Below, piece by piece: positions 9,240 to 18,077 of a DNA stretch of 64,000 nt. A program made the translations under genes and the position numbers. The notes under the pieces were generated by a model. That model was not told the DNA's origin. It made no database searches and saw only the letters and a list, made by a program, of their open reading frames with translations. Numbering within the stretch: position 1 is the stretch's first letter; the number at the start of each line of letters is the position of its first letter. This DNA is from Clostridia bacterium (GTDB taxonomy: Bacteria > Bacillota > Clostridia > Oscillospirales > CAG-272): the NCBI GenBank assembly GCA_017625935.1, contig JAGALA010000001.1, positions 34,473-98,472 of the forward strand, read 5' to 3'.

Positions 9240-9249
9240 TTTTTCTCTC

Positions 9250-11088
9250 CTACATTTTTTCACTTATTATTTCGTTTACCACGTCGTGAGGTGTTAAGGA
9301 AAGATGCTCATACAGCTCGCTAAGCGTGCCGCACGGAACAAAGGTGTCAATCGCTTTGATTTTAACCCTCGCTTGCGTGCCCGCGAGGTATGAAGCGATT
9401 TTTTCGCCGACGCAGCCGTTTTTATAAATTTCCTCAAGCGTGTAAATTAGCTCCTTGCCCGAGAGCAAGCCTGTCAGATAGCTTCTGTCAAGCGGGAAAA
9501 TTTTAACAAGCTTTACTATGCCCGTGTCGCTCGGCAAGTCCTTTAATGCCTCGTTTGCTACCTCTGCCATTCTGCCATAGGTGACTATTACGCGCTTGGC
9601 AGCTTCAATGCCCGATGAGTAGTAAAGCATATGCTCACCGTCGTATATCATTTCGCGCGCAGGTGTGTACGTTTTCTCCGCGCCCTTTGGATATCTTACA
9701 ACCGATAAGCAACCGTCGCTTGATGATTTTGAAATTGTGTTTTTTAATTCCTCGTATGTTTCGGGGGAATAAATTTTCGCATTTGGCACACACGAGAAAA
9801 GCTGATAGTCAAAAACGCCCTGATGTGTGTATCCGTCACCCTCGACAACGCCGCACCTATCAAGCAGGAGCGTAAGCGGAAGATTTTGGAGCGAAATATC
9901 GTGAAGCGCTTGGTCAAACGACCTTTGTGCAAACGTGGAATATAGAGCCACAATCGGCTTCATTCCGTTTTTGGCAAGACCGCCCGCAAAGGTGACTGCG
10001 TGCTCCTCGGCTATGCCGACATCGTAAAAGCGCTCGGGAAATTCATTTGCAAACGGAGTGAGCCCTGTGCCGTCTGCCATTGCGGCGGTTATTGCACAAA
10101 CTTTCTCGTCCTCTCTTGCTAAACCGACAACCGCTTCACCCGCAACCGAGGAAAAGGTTTGGGGCATCTTTTTGTGCGCCTCTCCGCTTTCGATGTCAAA
10201 CGTGCCAATGCCATGATACCTGCTTGGCTCGCGCTCGGAGGGCAGATAGCCAACGCCCTTTTGAGTTTTCATATGCACAACGCAAGCGCCGCCGCGTTTT
10301 TTGGCTTCCTCTAACACGTTTATCAGCGCTTTTATATTATTTCCGTCAACAGGACCAATGTAGTCAAGCCCGAGGTTTTCAAAAATCGTGTTGCCCATCA
10401 ACGCACGGCGAATTTTGTTCTTTACCCAAGCAAAGAGCTTGACAAAGGGCTTGCCAAGAAGCGGGAAAAATCCAATACGCTTAGCGCCGCGCTTGAACCT
10501 GAAATAGCCGCGGCTGACTCTGATTTTGGAAAGATATTTTGCAAGGCCGCCCACGTTTTGGGAAATTGACATTTCGTTGTCGTTTACCAAAATAATTAGC
10601 TTCAGCCCCTTGGCTGAGGCATTGTTCAGCGCCTCGTAAGCCATGCCGTTTGTAAACGAGCCGTCTCCGATTATTGCAATTGTGTATGAGTCGTCGCCCT
10701 TTAATTTGTTCGCCTCGGCAATGCCGATAGCGCTTGAAATTGAAGTGCCCGAGTGACCTGCAAAGAATATATCGTGCGCACTCTCCTGGGGACTTGTAAA
10801 GCCCGAGGTGCCGCCGAGCTTGCGTAAATTTTCAAACGGAACGCTTCTTTCATTTTCGGTTATTATCTTATGTGCGTACGCCTGGTGGCCGACGTCAAAA
10901 ATCAGCTTATCCTTTGGGGATGCAAAAACGCGATGGAGGGCAACCGTTGCTTCAACCATACCGAGGTTTGATGCTAAGTGACCGCCGTTTTTTGAAACGG
11001 TATCTATTATTCTTTCGCGAATTTCGTGCGCCAAAAGCGGCAGCTCTTTAACACCTGCGCTCTTTATTTCGCTTAAATAATCTCGCAT
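9250..11088 (-). CDS. dxs: 1-deoxy-D-xylulose-5-phosphate synthase
   Basis: 612 aa matching Dxs across its full length: N-terminal LP.LA.EIR, the ThDP motif GDGS..NGMAYEALN, and transketolase-like pyrimidine and C-terminal domains. Confidence 0.95.
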   Translation of the reverse strand: MRDYLSEIKSAGVKELPLLAHEIRERIIDTVSKNGGHLASNLGMVEATVALHRVFASPKDKLIFDVGHQAYAHKIITENERSVPFENLRKLGGTSGFTSPQESAHDIFFAGHSGTSISSAIGIAEANKLKGDDSYTIAIIGDGSFTNGMAYEALNNASAKGLKLIILVNDNEMSISQNVGGLAKYLSKIRVSRGYFRFKRGAKRIGFFPLLGKPFVKLFAWVKNKIRRALMGNTIFENLGLDYIGPVDGNNIKALINVLEEAKKRGGACVVHMKTQKGVGYLPSEREPSRYHGIGTFDIESGEAHKKMPQTFSSVAGEAVVGLAREDEKVCAITAAMADGTGLTPFANEFPERFYDVGIAEEHAVTFAGGLAKNGMKPIVALYSTFAQRSFDQALHDISLQNLPLTLLLDRCGVVEGDGYTHQGVFDYQLFSCVPNAKIYSPETYEELKNTISKSSSDGCLSVVRYPKGAEKTYTPAREMIYDGEHMLYYSSGIEAAKRVIVTYGRMAEVANEALKDLPSDTGIVKLVKIFPLDRSYLTGLLSGKELIYTLEEIYKNGCVGEKIASYLAGTQARVKIKAIDTFVPCGTLSELYEHLSLTPHDVVNEIISEKM

Positions 11089-11215
11089 TTTTCATCCTCC
11101 CTTCCAAGCGTTATACTGTACATTTTTACATAACTATACATAATAAATATATCACAATGCGCGCCCAAAGTCAAGGGCGATGTGCGCGCCGCTTGTGCAA
11201 AATACGGGATTTTTG

Positions 11216-11244
11216 TTGCAAAGCGCATAAATAAATGATATAAT
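11216..11244 (+). promoter_or_regulatory. SigA-type promoter for the CotH-lipoprotein gene
   Basis: TTGCAA (11216-21), a 17-nt spacer, then TATAAT (11239-44). Confidence 0.6.
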
Positions 11245-11305
11245 AAACTAAGAGAGGTGCGCTAAATCTCTGTTACACGCAAATTAACCTTGAAGGGAGA
11301 GCTTT

Positions 11306-13636
11306 ATGAAAAGAATTTTGCCCGTTTTTGTCAGTTTAATATCTATATTGCTTCTTCTTTGCGCATGCGGTGAGGAAGCGCAAGCACCAAAAAATATAAC
11401 CGTGCGCGCTGAATATATAGCTTCCGAGGGTGGCACTATTGAGGGTGCGGTTACACAGGAAAAGACGGTTATAAAGGGTGAAAATGCAGCGTTTGATCTG
11501 GTGACAGCCAAGCCAAATGACGGCTTCTCCTTCCTTTCGTGGAGTGATGGCAAAACAGACCCATCCCGCTCCGATTTACTTTCCCAAAGCACAGTGTTCA
11601 CCGCAGTTTTTGAGAAAATCCCAACGTACAAGCTCACCTATTTAGCAAGTGAGGGCGGCACTATAAGCGGTGCAAGCTTGCAAGAAATACAAATCGGCAA
11701 CGTGGGCACGCCTGTTATAGCGGTACCGAGCGAGGGCTACAAGTTTATTGGCTGGGATGACGGCTGCAATACGAGCGAAAGAAGCGATGCATCTGATGCG
11801 GACAAGACCGTTACCGCACTTTTCGAGCTGATACAATACGGCACGGTTGAATATAAGCACACAATGGGCGGCACACTTGTGGGAGAAGCAATACAAACGG
11901 TTGAATACGGCAAATCAACCACCACAATTACCGCTGTGCCAAGCGAGGGCTACACCTTTGCTTCTTGGAATGACGGCGTGACAACCCCATCAAGAAGCGA
12001 TATTGTAAACGGGAATAAAACCTACCTTGCGCGCTTTTCAAGCGGCGTTACCGCCAATTATTCAGCTACCGACGGTGGAGTGATCGACGGTGAAAGCACC
12101 CAAAAATTGAGCTACGGTCAAAAATCAAGTGAGGTTACCGCTGTTGCAAACGACGGATATATATTTGTTTCGTGGAGCGACGGCGTAACGGACAACCCAA
12201 GATGCGACACGGTTAAAGCAAATTTATCGGTAACGGCGATTTTTAAGCGCTACTACTCCGTGCACTACTCCTGCAACGATACACAAGGTACGCTAACGGG
12301 TGTGCTTGAGCAGGATATTATCGAGGGTGAATACGGCACTGAGGTAACGGCAACGCCAAAATCGGGCTTCGAGTTTATCATGTGGAGCAATGGCGAAACA
12401 AGCCCGACAATTAAGTCCGTTGGCGAGGAAACAATCACACATATTGCATATTTTTCACCAAAAAGCACAGGACTTCCTGTCATTTCAATAAACACCGAGG
12501 GGAACAAGCAAATCACCTCAAAGACGGAATACATAAACTGCGTTATCACCGTTTACGACACGGAAACAGGTGAGTACCACGTGTGCGAGGAGGGCGCTGA
12601 GATAAGAGGCCGCGGAAACTCCACGTGGAACTTTGAGAAAAAGCCGTACAAATTTAAGTTCAATAAAAAGCAAAACCTTTTTGGCTTCGGCAAGGACAAG
12701 GACTGGGTTTTAATGGCGGACTATATTGACAATTCTCTGCTTCGTAACTACCTTGCCTACACAGTAGCAGGTGAGCTCAGCGCACTTGAATCCTCTCCCG
12801 ACTGCCAAAGCGTTGAGCTTTATCTAAACGGTCAGTACAGGGGCGTTTATCTGCTTTGTGAGCAGGTTGAGGTCAACAAGGGCAGAGTTGAAATCAGCGA
12901 TGACCCAACCGAGGTTGACACCGGTTATCTAATTGAGATGGACGGTTGGGGGGATACAGTTCAGGTTTACGTGCCTGACCGACTCTCGTCAAACCGTAAA
13001 TATACTGTAAAATCGCCTGACAGCGACGTTATCACACCAACTCAAAAGCAATATATTCAAAATTATATAACGCAATGCATTCAAGCCATTCAAGGCTCGA
13101 ACTACGATCACGTTTTAGGGCTTATTGACGTAGAGTCCTTTGCGCAGGCGTACATAATTTATGAGATGTTCAAAAACCCCGACGTTGACTACTCAAGCGT
13201 TTATTTTTACAAGGAAGCAAGCGGCAAGCTATACTGCGGACCGATGTGGGACTTCGATATGTCAATCGGCAACGTAAACCATAAGGGCGGCGGTGCGTTC
13301 CAAAGCACCGAAACGCTCTGGACAAAGGAGAAAAACCCTTGGTTCAATGCGCTTTTAGAGTTTGACCAGTTCAAGGAGCTTGTTTACGAGGAATTAATCA
13401 AGGCAGAGCCGATAATTAAATCAAAGCTCGCCGAATGCTACGACTATGCCTATGCGCACGATGACGCATACAAAAAGAATTTCCAAACGTGGCGCGTCAT
13501 CGGAATAAATACATGGACAAACCCATACTATATCGTTCAAATCAGCACCTGGGAGGGACACGTTGAATACACACGTGAGTACCTGCTTGACAGCTTAGCA
13601 TATCTGATAAAATACTATACGCCGAAGCAGACTTGA
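11306..13636 (+). CDS. Lipoprotein with ~6 Listeria-Bacteroides (Flg_new-type) repeats and a C-terminal CotH kinase-family domain
   Basis: It has a signal peptide with lipobox LLLCAC. The repeats follow GGTI.G......G......A.P..GY.F..W.DG....R.D. The C-terminal half carries CotH hallmarks (IRGRGNSTWNFEKKPYKFKF..., DWVLMADYIDNSLLRNYLA). Confidence 0.85.
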   Translation: MKRILPVFVSLISILLLLCACGEEAQAPKNITVRAEYIASEGGTIEGAVTQEKTVIKGENAAFDLVTAKPNDGFSFLSWSDGKTDPSRSDLLSQSTVFTAVFEKIPTYKLTYLASEGGTISGASLQEIQIGNVGTPVIAVPSEGYKFIGWDDGCNTSERSDASDADKTVTALFELIQYGTVEYKHTMGGTLVGEAIQTVEYGKSTTTITAVPSEGYTFASWNDGVTTPSRSDIVNGNKTYLARFSSGVTANYSATDGGVIDGESTQKLSYGQKSSEVTAVANDGYIFVSWSDGVTDNPRCDTVKANLSVTAIFKRYYSVHYSCNDTQGTLTGVLEQDIIEGEYGTEVTATPKSGFEFIMWSNGETSPTIKSVGEETITHIAYFSPKSTGLPVISINTEGNKQITSKTEYINCVITVYDTETGEYHVCEEGAEIRGRGNSTWNFEKKPYKFKFNKKQNLFGFGKDKDWVLMADYIDNSLLRNYLAYTVAGELSALESSPDCQSVELYLNGQYRGVYLLCEQVEVNKGRVEISDDPTEVDTGYLIEMDGWGDTVQVYVPDRLSSNRKYTVKSPDSDVITPTQKQYIQNYITQCIQAIQGSNYDHVLGLIDVESFAQAYIIYEMFKNPDVDYSSVYFYKEASGKLYCGPMWDFDMSIGNVNHKGGGAFQSTETLWTKEKNPWFNALLEFDQFKELVYEELIKAEPIIKSKLAECYDYAYAHDDAYKKNFQTWRVIGINTWTNPYYIVQISTWEGHVEYTREYLLDSLAYLIKYYTPKQT

Positions 13637-13668
13637 ATTAAGATATCAAGGTAAGGAAATGAGGAAAA

Positions 13669-14493
13669 ATGTACTATAAGCATAATTTAGACTATAAATA
13701 TCCCGACAAGTGCGACGAGCATATGCTTGTGGTAAAGCGTGTGCGCGAAACGAATTTTGACGAAAATTACGACTATATAGACAAGAAAAAAAGCCGCAAG
13801 GTGAAGAATTTCTTTTTCGCATTTGCTATGAACTTAATTGTTTTTCCGCTCCTTCGCTTAACGCACGGGCTGAAGATTTACGGCAAGGAAAACTACAAGA
13901 AAAACAAGGATTTATTCAAAAACGGCGCGATAACGATTTCAAACCACGTTTTCAAATGGGATTTTATCTGCGTTATCAAGGCGATAAGACCGCACCTTGT
14001 GCGCTTCCCTGCTTGGCAAACGAACTTTGAGGGCTCAGATGCAAAGCTCATTCGTTGGGCGGGAGGCATGCCTATACCGACGCACAGTATGAAGGCGATG
14101 AGGCGCTTCGGGCGCGACTTTGAGGAGCTTTTGGAAAGCGGAAAATGGATTCACTTCTTCCCCGAGGGCTCAATGTGGTATTTTTACCCCGATATTAGAC
14201 CCCTTAAAAAGATGGTCTTTAAGTACGCGGTGAAATTCAACCGCCCGATAATTCCAATGTCGTTTTCGTTCCGTGAGCGAAGGGGAATTACGCGCCTGTT
14301 CACCAAAAAGCCGTGTGTTGACCTGCACGTAGGCGCGCCGCTCATTCCAAACGCGCAAGCACCTGCATACAGCGAGGTTGACCGCCTGCACACCGTCGCA
14401 TACGATATAATGCAAAAAATGGCAGGCATCACTCCCGATATGGAAAACTACCGCACCGTACAGGATTTTGAGAATTACCAAAAAACGATGTAA
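13669..14493 (+). CDS. Lysophospholipid (1-acyl-glycerol-3-phosphate-type) acyltransferase family protein
   Basis: 274 aa with the HX4D motif (NHVFKWD), an FPEGS motif and an N-terminal membrane helix. Confidence 0.75.
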   Translation: MYYKHNLDYKYPDKCDEHMLVVKRVRETNFDENYDYIDKKKSRKVKNFFFAFAMNLIVFPLLRLTHGLKIYGKENYKKNKDLFKNGAITISNHVFKWDFICVIKAIRPHLVRFPAWQTNFEGSDAKLIRWAGGMPIPTHSMKAMRRFGRDFEELLESGKWIHFFPEGSMWYFYPDIRPLKKMVFKYAVKFNRPIIPMSFSFRERRGITRLFTKKPCVDLHVGAPLIPNAQAPAYSEVDRLHTVAYDIMQKMAGITPDMENYRTVQDFENYQKTM

Positions 14494-14494
14494 C

Positions 14495-14610
14495 TGGCGC
14501 AAAGCGAATGAATTGCCCGTTGGGCATGAATTGCAACACAGTTGCATGAATTGACCCGCGGTCATGAATTGGCTATCGCCATGAATTGTTGTTTCACAAT
14601 ATGAATTTTA
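14495..14610 (+). repeat. Hairpin array B: six ATGAATT linkers (core CATGAATTG) separating unrelated short hairpins
   Basis: ATGAATT occurs at 14508, 14526, 14546, 14564, 14581 and 14601. The intervening hairpins are gcccgttgggc, gcaacacagttgc, gacccgcggtc, ggctatcgcc and attgttgtttcacaat. The array starts 2 nt after the stop codon at 14493. Confidence 0.8.
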
Positions 14611-14640
14611 ATTTCTATATTGCAACAAAAGCCATCCGCT

Positions 14641-14704
14641 GTCATTCTGAGTTTTTATCGGTGCGTACCTGCAACGCGGCAGGAGCAAGCCCCTGCCCTA
14701 CAAG
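14641..14704 (-). repeat. GTCATTCTGAG ... hairpin ... CTACAAG intergenic repeat element (single copy, inverted relative to the copies at 62.6 kb)
   Basis: The sequence is gtcattctgag-N26-ggcagg agcaagcc cctgcc-ctacaag. Its reverse complement aligns with CTTGTAGGG-hairpin-CTCAGAATG at 62625-62667 and 62805-62847. Confidence 0.65.
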
Positions 14705-14726
14705 TACACATCACACTAATAAAAAA

Positions 14727-14762
14727 ACAGCACCCTGTGTCTAATTTGGGTGCTGTTTTTTT
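14727..14762 (+). terminator. Bidirectional rho-independent terminator
   Basis: An A7 run is followed by the stem cagcaccc / gggtgctg and then a T7 run. Confidence 0.7.
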
Positions 14763-14970
14763 AAGTTTAGAGTTATGAGGCTCGCTTCTCTCGCCGTTAT
14801 GAGCTTGAGAAAACTCAAGCGTTATGATATGATTGCCCATATTGCCTAAAGCTTGGCGAAGCCAATCATAACGATGCAAAGCATCTCATAACTCATATCT
14901 TGCCCATTTGGGCAATCATAGTTTAGCGTGATGTCCTTGTAAGACATCACGCTAATTTGGGTGCTGTTTT
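14761..14970 (+). repeat. Element C: nested-helix structured segment with GTTATGA / TCATAAC arms, bounded by 19-bp direct repeats
   Basis: The direct repeats ctaatttgggtgctgtttt lie at 14741-59 and 14952-70. CGTTATGAT (14820-28) pairs with ATCATAACG (14865-73), and GTTATGAG (14796-803) pairs with CTCATAAC (14885-92). There are local hairpins at 14804-19, 14853-65, 14873-85 and 14900-15, and a 13-bp stem at 14922-55. Confidence 0.7.
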
Positions 14971-14973
14971 CTT

Positions 14974-15141
14974 TTATTCAATTATTTCATATTGCAGCAT
15001 TTCGTACTTTAGTCGCGTGCCGATATCGACACCGTCTGGCAAAAGAAACATAGCAATAAAAATCTCCTCGCCGCTTTCTTCATTGGCAATGTAGGCGTAC
15101 TCGCCCTCGATGCGCGTTACTCTATAAAATTGTGTTTCCAT
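14974..15141 (-). CDS. DUF3006-like small protein (55 aa), translationally coupled to the upstream Cys-rich lipoprotein
   Basis: It falls below the ORF-track size cutoff. The product is METQFYRVTRIEGEYAYIANEESGEEIFIAMFLLPDGVDIGTRLKYEMLQYEIIE. There is an ATGA overlap with the stop of 15141..16469. Confidence 0.55.
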   Translation of the reverse strand: METQFYRVTRIEGEYAYIANEESGEEIFIAMFLLPDGVDIGTRLKYEMLQYEIIE

Positions 15142-16469
15142 CATTCTGTTTCCTCGGCACTGTATTCGTATGCAATATCGCCGTTTTCATCAAGCAACGC
15201 AAAATAATACATTTCGTTCCATCCGATAAGCGACGGCTTGTATAAGCGAACGCACTTAAAGTCACAGTTTATACATTCATAATTATCGCCGACTCTATCA
15301 AGGCAGTGTTGGACTTGGAAGTCTAACAGCTCAAGATGCTTATACGCGCCACAGTAGCATTCAAAAAGATACAGCTGACCGTGCTCGCCAAAATCCTTTA
15401 TCAGCTCTTTATTACCGCTTGTGTGGTTTTCGTTTGTTAAAAATTCTCTTTCTGTATAATCACATCCGTTACAGCTTCTCGTTACTATATAACCAAGCTC
15501 GCAGGTTCCGTAAATCGGCGGCTCAACAGTAGCGGAGAGCGTGTGATCTCTTTCATTTTTGTGAATGTAGTTTTTGGCGCGGAAAATCTCCTCACCGTTT
15601 ATCGTCAACGCTTCCTCAGTCAATATGTTATTGACATTCGGTATGCCCTCTTTGTATAAATAATGCTCTATTCCGCACAGCGTACAAGCTGTTGTACGCA
15701 TATAAATGCTTTTTCCGTTTTCGACAGTATCGATGCTTTGCTTTGTTTTTATGTGTCTGCCATCGCAATATTGACTAACGGTATAGGTTTGGTTTTGTCC
15801 GCAAGGACAGGATTTTTTGGTTGCCGTACCGCCGCATGCACCAAATTCATCAAGATTTACAGTTTCTTCAATAAGCAGGTCGTGCGTGCGTCCTTCCGTG
15901 GCGATTTTTTTGCCACACGTAATGCACTCACCGTAACGGGTGTAGCCGTCTGCACAGTTGTCCTTTGCAAGCGAAAGTGAATAATATTCATAAATACACT
16001 CGCCGATTGGCAATTCCACCTCTTTTTTGTCCACGTATTCGCGTCCGTTCAAAATAAAAGTAGCTGACAGTATATATTTTCCCTTGGTTTTACAGGTTGA
16101 ATATATAATTTCATCCGTCACCGATGGGGAGTTTGAGGAATAAAACTTATTACAGCGCGAGCAGGTAATTGTAGCGTCAACCATTCCCCTCTCAAAATCC
16201 CACTCATAGTTTTCTGTGAAGCTGTGACCGAGTGGATCGTATTCCGTCATCTCTCTTTTATCACAAAGATCGCATTTTTTAATGCTGTATCCATCCGTCT
16301 CACACGTTGGAGCGACGGAGCTTTGTGTTGACCACTCGTGCGCGCACGCCTCCTCGCCCGAGTCGGATGAGGTGTCCGTATCGTCTCCTTGACAGGCGCT
16401 GAAAATGAGAGCTGAAAGAACAAGCGATAATATAATGACAAATATGCTCAAATGTTTTTTATTTTTCAT
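15141..16469 (-). CDS. Cys-rich lipoprotein, paralog 1 of 4
   Basis: GGAGGTG RBS before the ATG at 16469 (MKNKKHLSIFVIILSLVLSALIFSAC, lipobox). It has repeated C..C / H..W....PTC...G.....C..C modules and aligns with the ORFs at 18078, 19431 and 20980. Confidence 0.85.
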   Translation of the reverse strand: MKNKKHLSIFVIILSLVLSALIFSACQGDDTDTSSDSGEEACAHEWSTQSSVAPTCETDGYSIKKCDLCDKREMTEYDPLGHSFTENYEWDFERGMVDATITCSRCNKFYSSNSPSVTDEIIYSTCKTKGKYILSATFILNGREYVDKKEVELPIGECIYEYYSLSLAKDNCADGYTRYGECITCGKKIATEGRTHDLLIEETVNLDEFGACGGTATKKSCPCGQNQTYTVSQYCDGRHIKTKQSIDTVENGKSIYMRTTACTLCGIEHYLYKEGIPNVNNILTEEALTINGEEIFRAKNYIHKNERDHTLSATVEPPIYGTCELGYIVTRSCNGCDYTEREFLTNENHTSGNKELIKDFGEHGQLYLFECYCGAYKHLELLDFQVQHCLDRVGDNYECINCDFKCVRLYKPSLIGWNEMYYFALLDENGDIAYEYSAEETE

Positions 16470-16561
16470 CTTATCACCTCCAAAAAGCAAGCGCGGACGG
16501 TGAAAACGCATTCACCGTCCGCACAAAATGATATGCGTTTTTGATTTCTCAAATAGGTCGA

Positions 16562-17086
16562 TTATAGCTTTGAATAGCCGTGGCTGTTAACAAGTGCGTC
16601 GATTTTTTCGCCTTTTTTACACATCGGGCACTCGTGCGATGGGTAGGTTGCGTAGTCCTTAAGGTCATTCGGGTCGAAAACGGAGTTAACGGTATAGCCC
16701 GCGCACTCGTTAACGGTTGCGAATATGGCTGAGATGCCTGCAACGTTACCGCCGTAATACTTAACCGCTTCAACCGCCGCATTTGCGGTATAGCCCGTTG
16801 TAACGGAAGCCGCTAAGATAAGAACGTTTTTGCCCTTTATTGCACCTGCAATATTATCTCTGAAGATAAGCTGGCTGCCTGAGGTATGCTCAGGTGTGAT
16901 AACGTATATCGTTTGGTGCGCGTTTATGCTGAGGAAGCCGCCGCTTGTAAGCTCGTTTGCCAAGCAAGTGCCGACAACCTGCATACCGTCAAGACAAAGA
17001 ATGGTATCAACAATTGTGCTTGTGTTGTAATATGAAACAAGCTCACGTGCAACCGCCTGTGCCTCGGAAAGACGTGTTTTTTGCAT
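16562..17086 (-). CDS. Phosphoribosyltransferase-fold protein (PyrE-like) with C-terminal CxxC
   Basis: 174 aa with a PRPP-binding-loop-like VLILAASVTTGYT and a C-terminal HECPMCKKG. No Shine-Dalgarno precedes the ATG. Confidence 0.65.
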   Translation of the reverse strand: MQKTRLSEAQAVARELVSYYNTSTIVDTILCLDGMQVVGTCLANELTSGGFLSINAHQTIYVITPEHTSGSQLIFRDNIAGAIKGKNVLILAASVTTGYTANAAVEAVKYYGGNVAGISAIFATVNECAGYTVNSVFDPNDLKDYATYPSHECPMCKKGEKIDALVNSHGYSKL

Positions 17087-17264
17087 TGCAACGTCAATAT
17101 AGTAGTTTATATGGCTGTGGCTTGTTGCGAAGTGTCCCTATGAAACACGCAAAAATAGATTTTTGTTTTTGGTAATAACCTTAATTGAATCATTAGTAGG
17201 CATAATAAAACCCCTTTTTCTTTTATTGTATCACGAAACAGTCCTATGTGTCAACATAAAAATG

Positions 17265-17301
17265 AAAGCGCCCTCTGCTTTTTGGATGCAAAGGGCGCTT
17301 T
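17265..17301 (-). terminator. Terminator after lipoprotein gene 17315..17785
   Basis: The stem is aaagcgccct / agggcgcttt, and the minus transcript continues into a U-rich stretch. Confidence 0.5.
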
Positions 17302-17314
17302 AAAATATGCTTTA

Positions 17315-17785
17315 TCAGTAATTCGATGCTAATACGTTATATTCCATAGTCAAGCTTGCGCTCTCTCCCGCAATTTTCAGCTTGTATTTTCCGCTTGGGT
17401 TTTCTATTCTCGTTTCCACATTTTCACCGAGCGGGATATCAGCGATGATTTTGCCGTCCTGAACAAGACAAATGCGCACGTTGCCCGATTCAAGTGTAAC
17501 GGTTGATTTAATAATCAAGCAGCTTGCGTTGTTGCTATACACGTTGCCGATGGTATAAACGCCCGAAAGCTTTTTCGTCGTATAGCGCGTAACTCCGCCC
17601 TGCATACCCTGCTTGTTTGAGCTCATTGCTTGAAAGTTATCCGAATTGTCCACAATGTCTTCCTCAGTCAGCTTACCAAGGGAATAGTCCTCCTCGCCGT
17701 TTGTGTCCGCAATATGCACGCACGAGCAAAGGCAGACAGACAAAAGAAGCAAAGAAGCTGCAATTATTGCAATTTTTTTATTCAT
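17315..17785 (-). CDS. Small lipoprotein, hypothetical
   Basis: 156 aa. It has a signal peptide with Cys cluster LLSVCLCSC and a beta-rich mature part. Confidence 0.75.
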   Translation of the reverse strand: MNKKIAIIAASLLLLSVCLCSCVHIADTNGEEDYSLGKLTEEDIVDNSDNFQAMSSNKQGMQGGVTRYTTKKLSGVYTIGNVYSNNASCLIIKSTVTLESGNVRICLVQDGKIIADIPLGENVETRIENPSGKYKLKIAGESASLTMEYNVLASNY

Positions 17786-18077
17786 AAGGCTCTCCTTTAT
17801 ATCTAATTATTGTTTGGTAAAATTATATCACATTTGGTACACCTTGTCAACTGCTTTGCTTTTGACGCGCATTCCCTTTTTTTCATTTATTTTTCACGAT
17901 TTGTTCAGACACGCTACATTGACTTTTATTTTCTTACTGTGATATACTGTATATGGGAAAGTATACAAATTTTTAAGAAATTTGAAAATTTATGTAACCT
18001 AAAGAACAAAAAAGCCGTCTTTTTTAATGAAGGGCAATGAGCCTTTTCTTCTAAGACGCCTTTGAAAGGACTTTTTT

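Noticed and set aside
14495-14610. Possible CRISPR array (regularly spaced short repeats), also considered for 8356-8495 and 25511-25614
   Set aside because: The conserved unit is only 7-9 nt and the variable units are 10-21 nt self-complementary hairpins. This is the opposite of the CRISPR pattern of 24-48 nt repeats with non-palindromic spacers. No cas genes or leader are present in the window.
14170-14879. ORFs 14170..14565 (-), 14184..14432 (-) and 14655..14879 (-)
   Set aside because: The first two are antisense to the well-supported acyltransferase gene. The third spans a terminator, the GTCATTCTGAG element and structured element C, and has no coding features.
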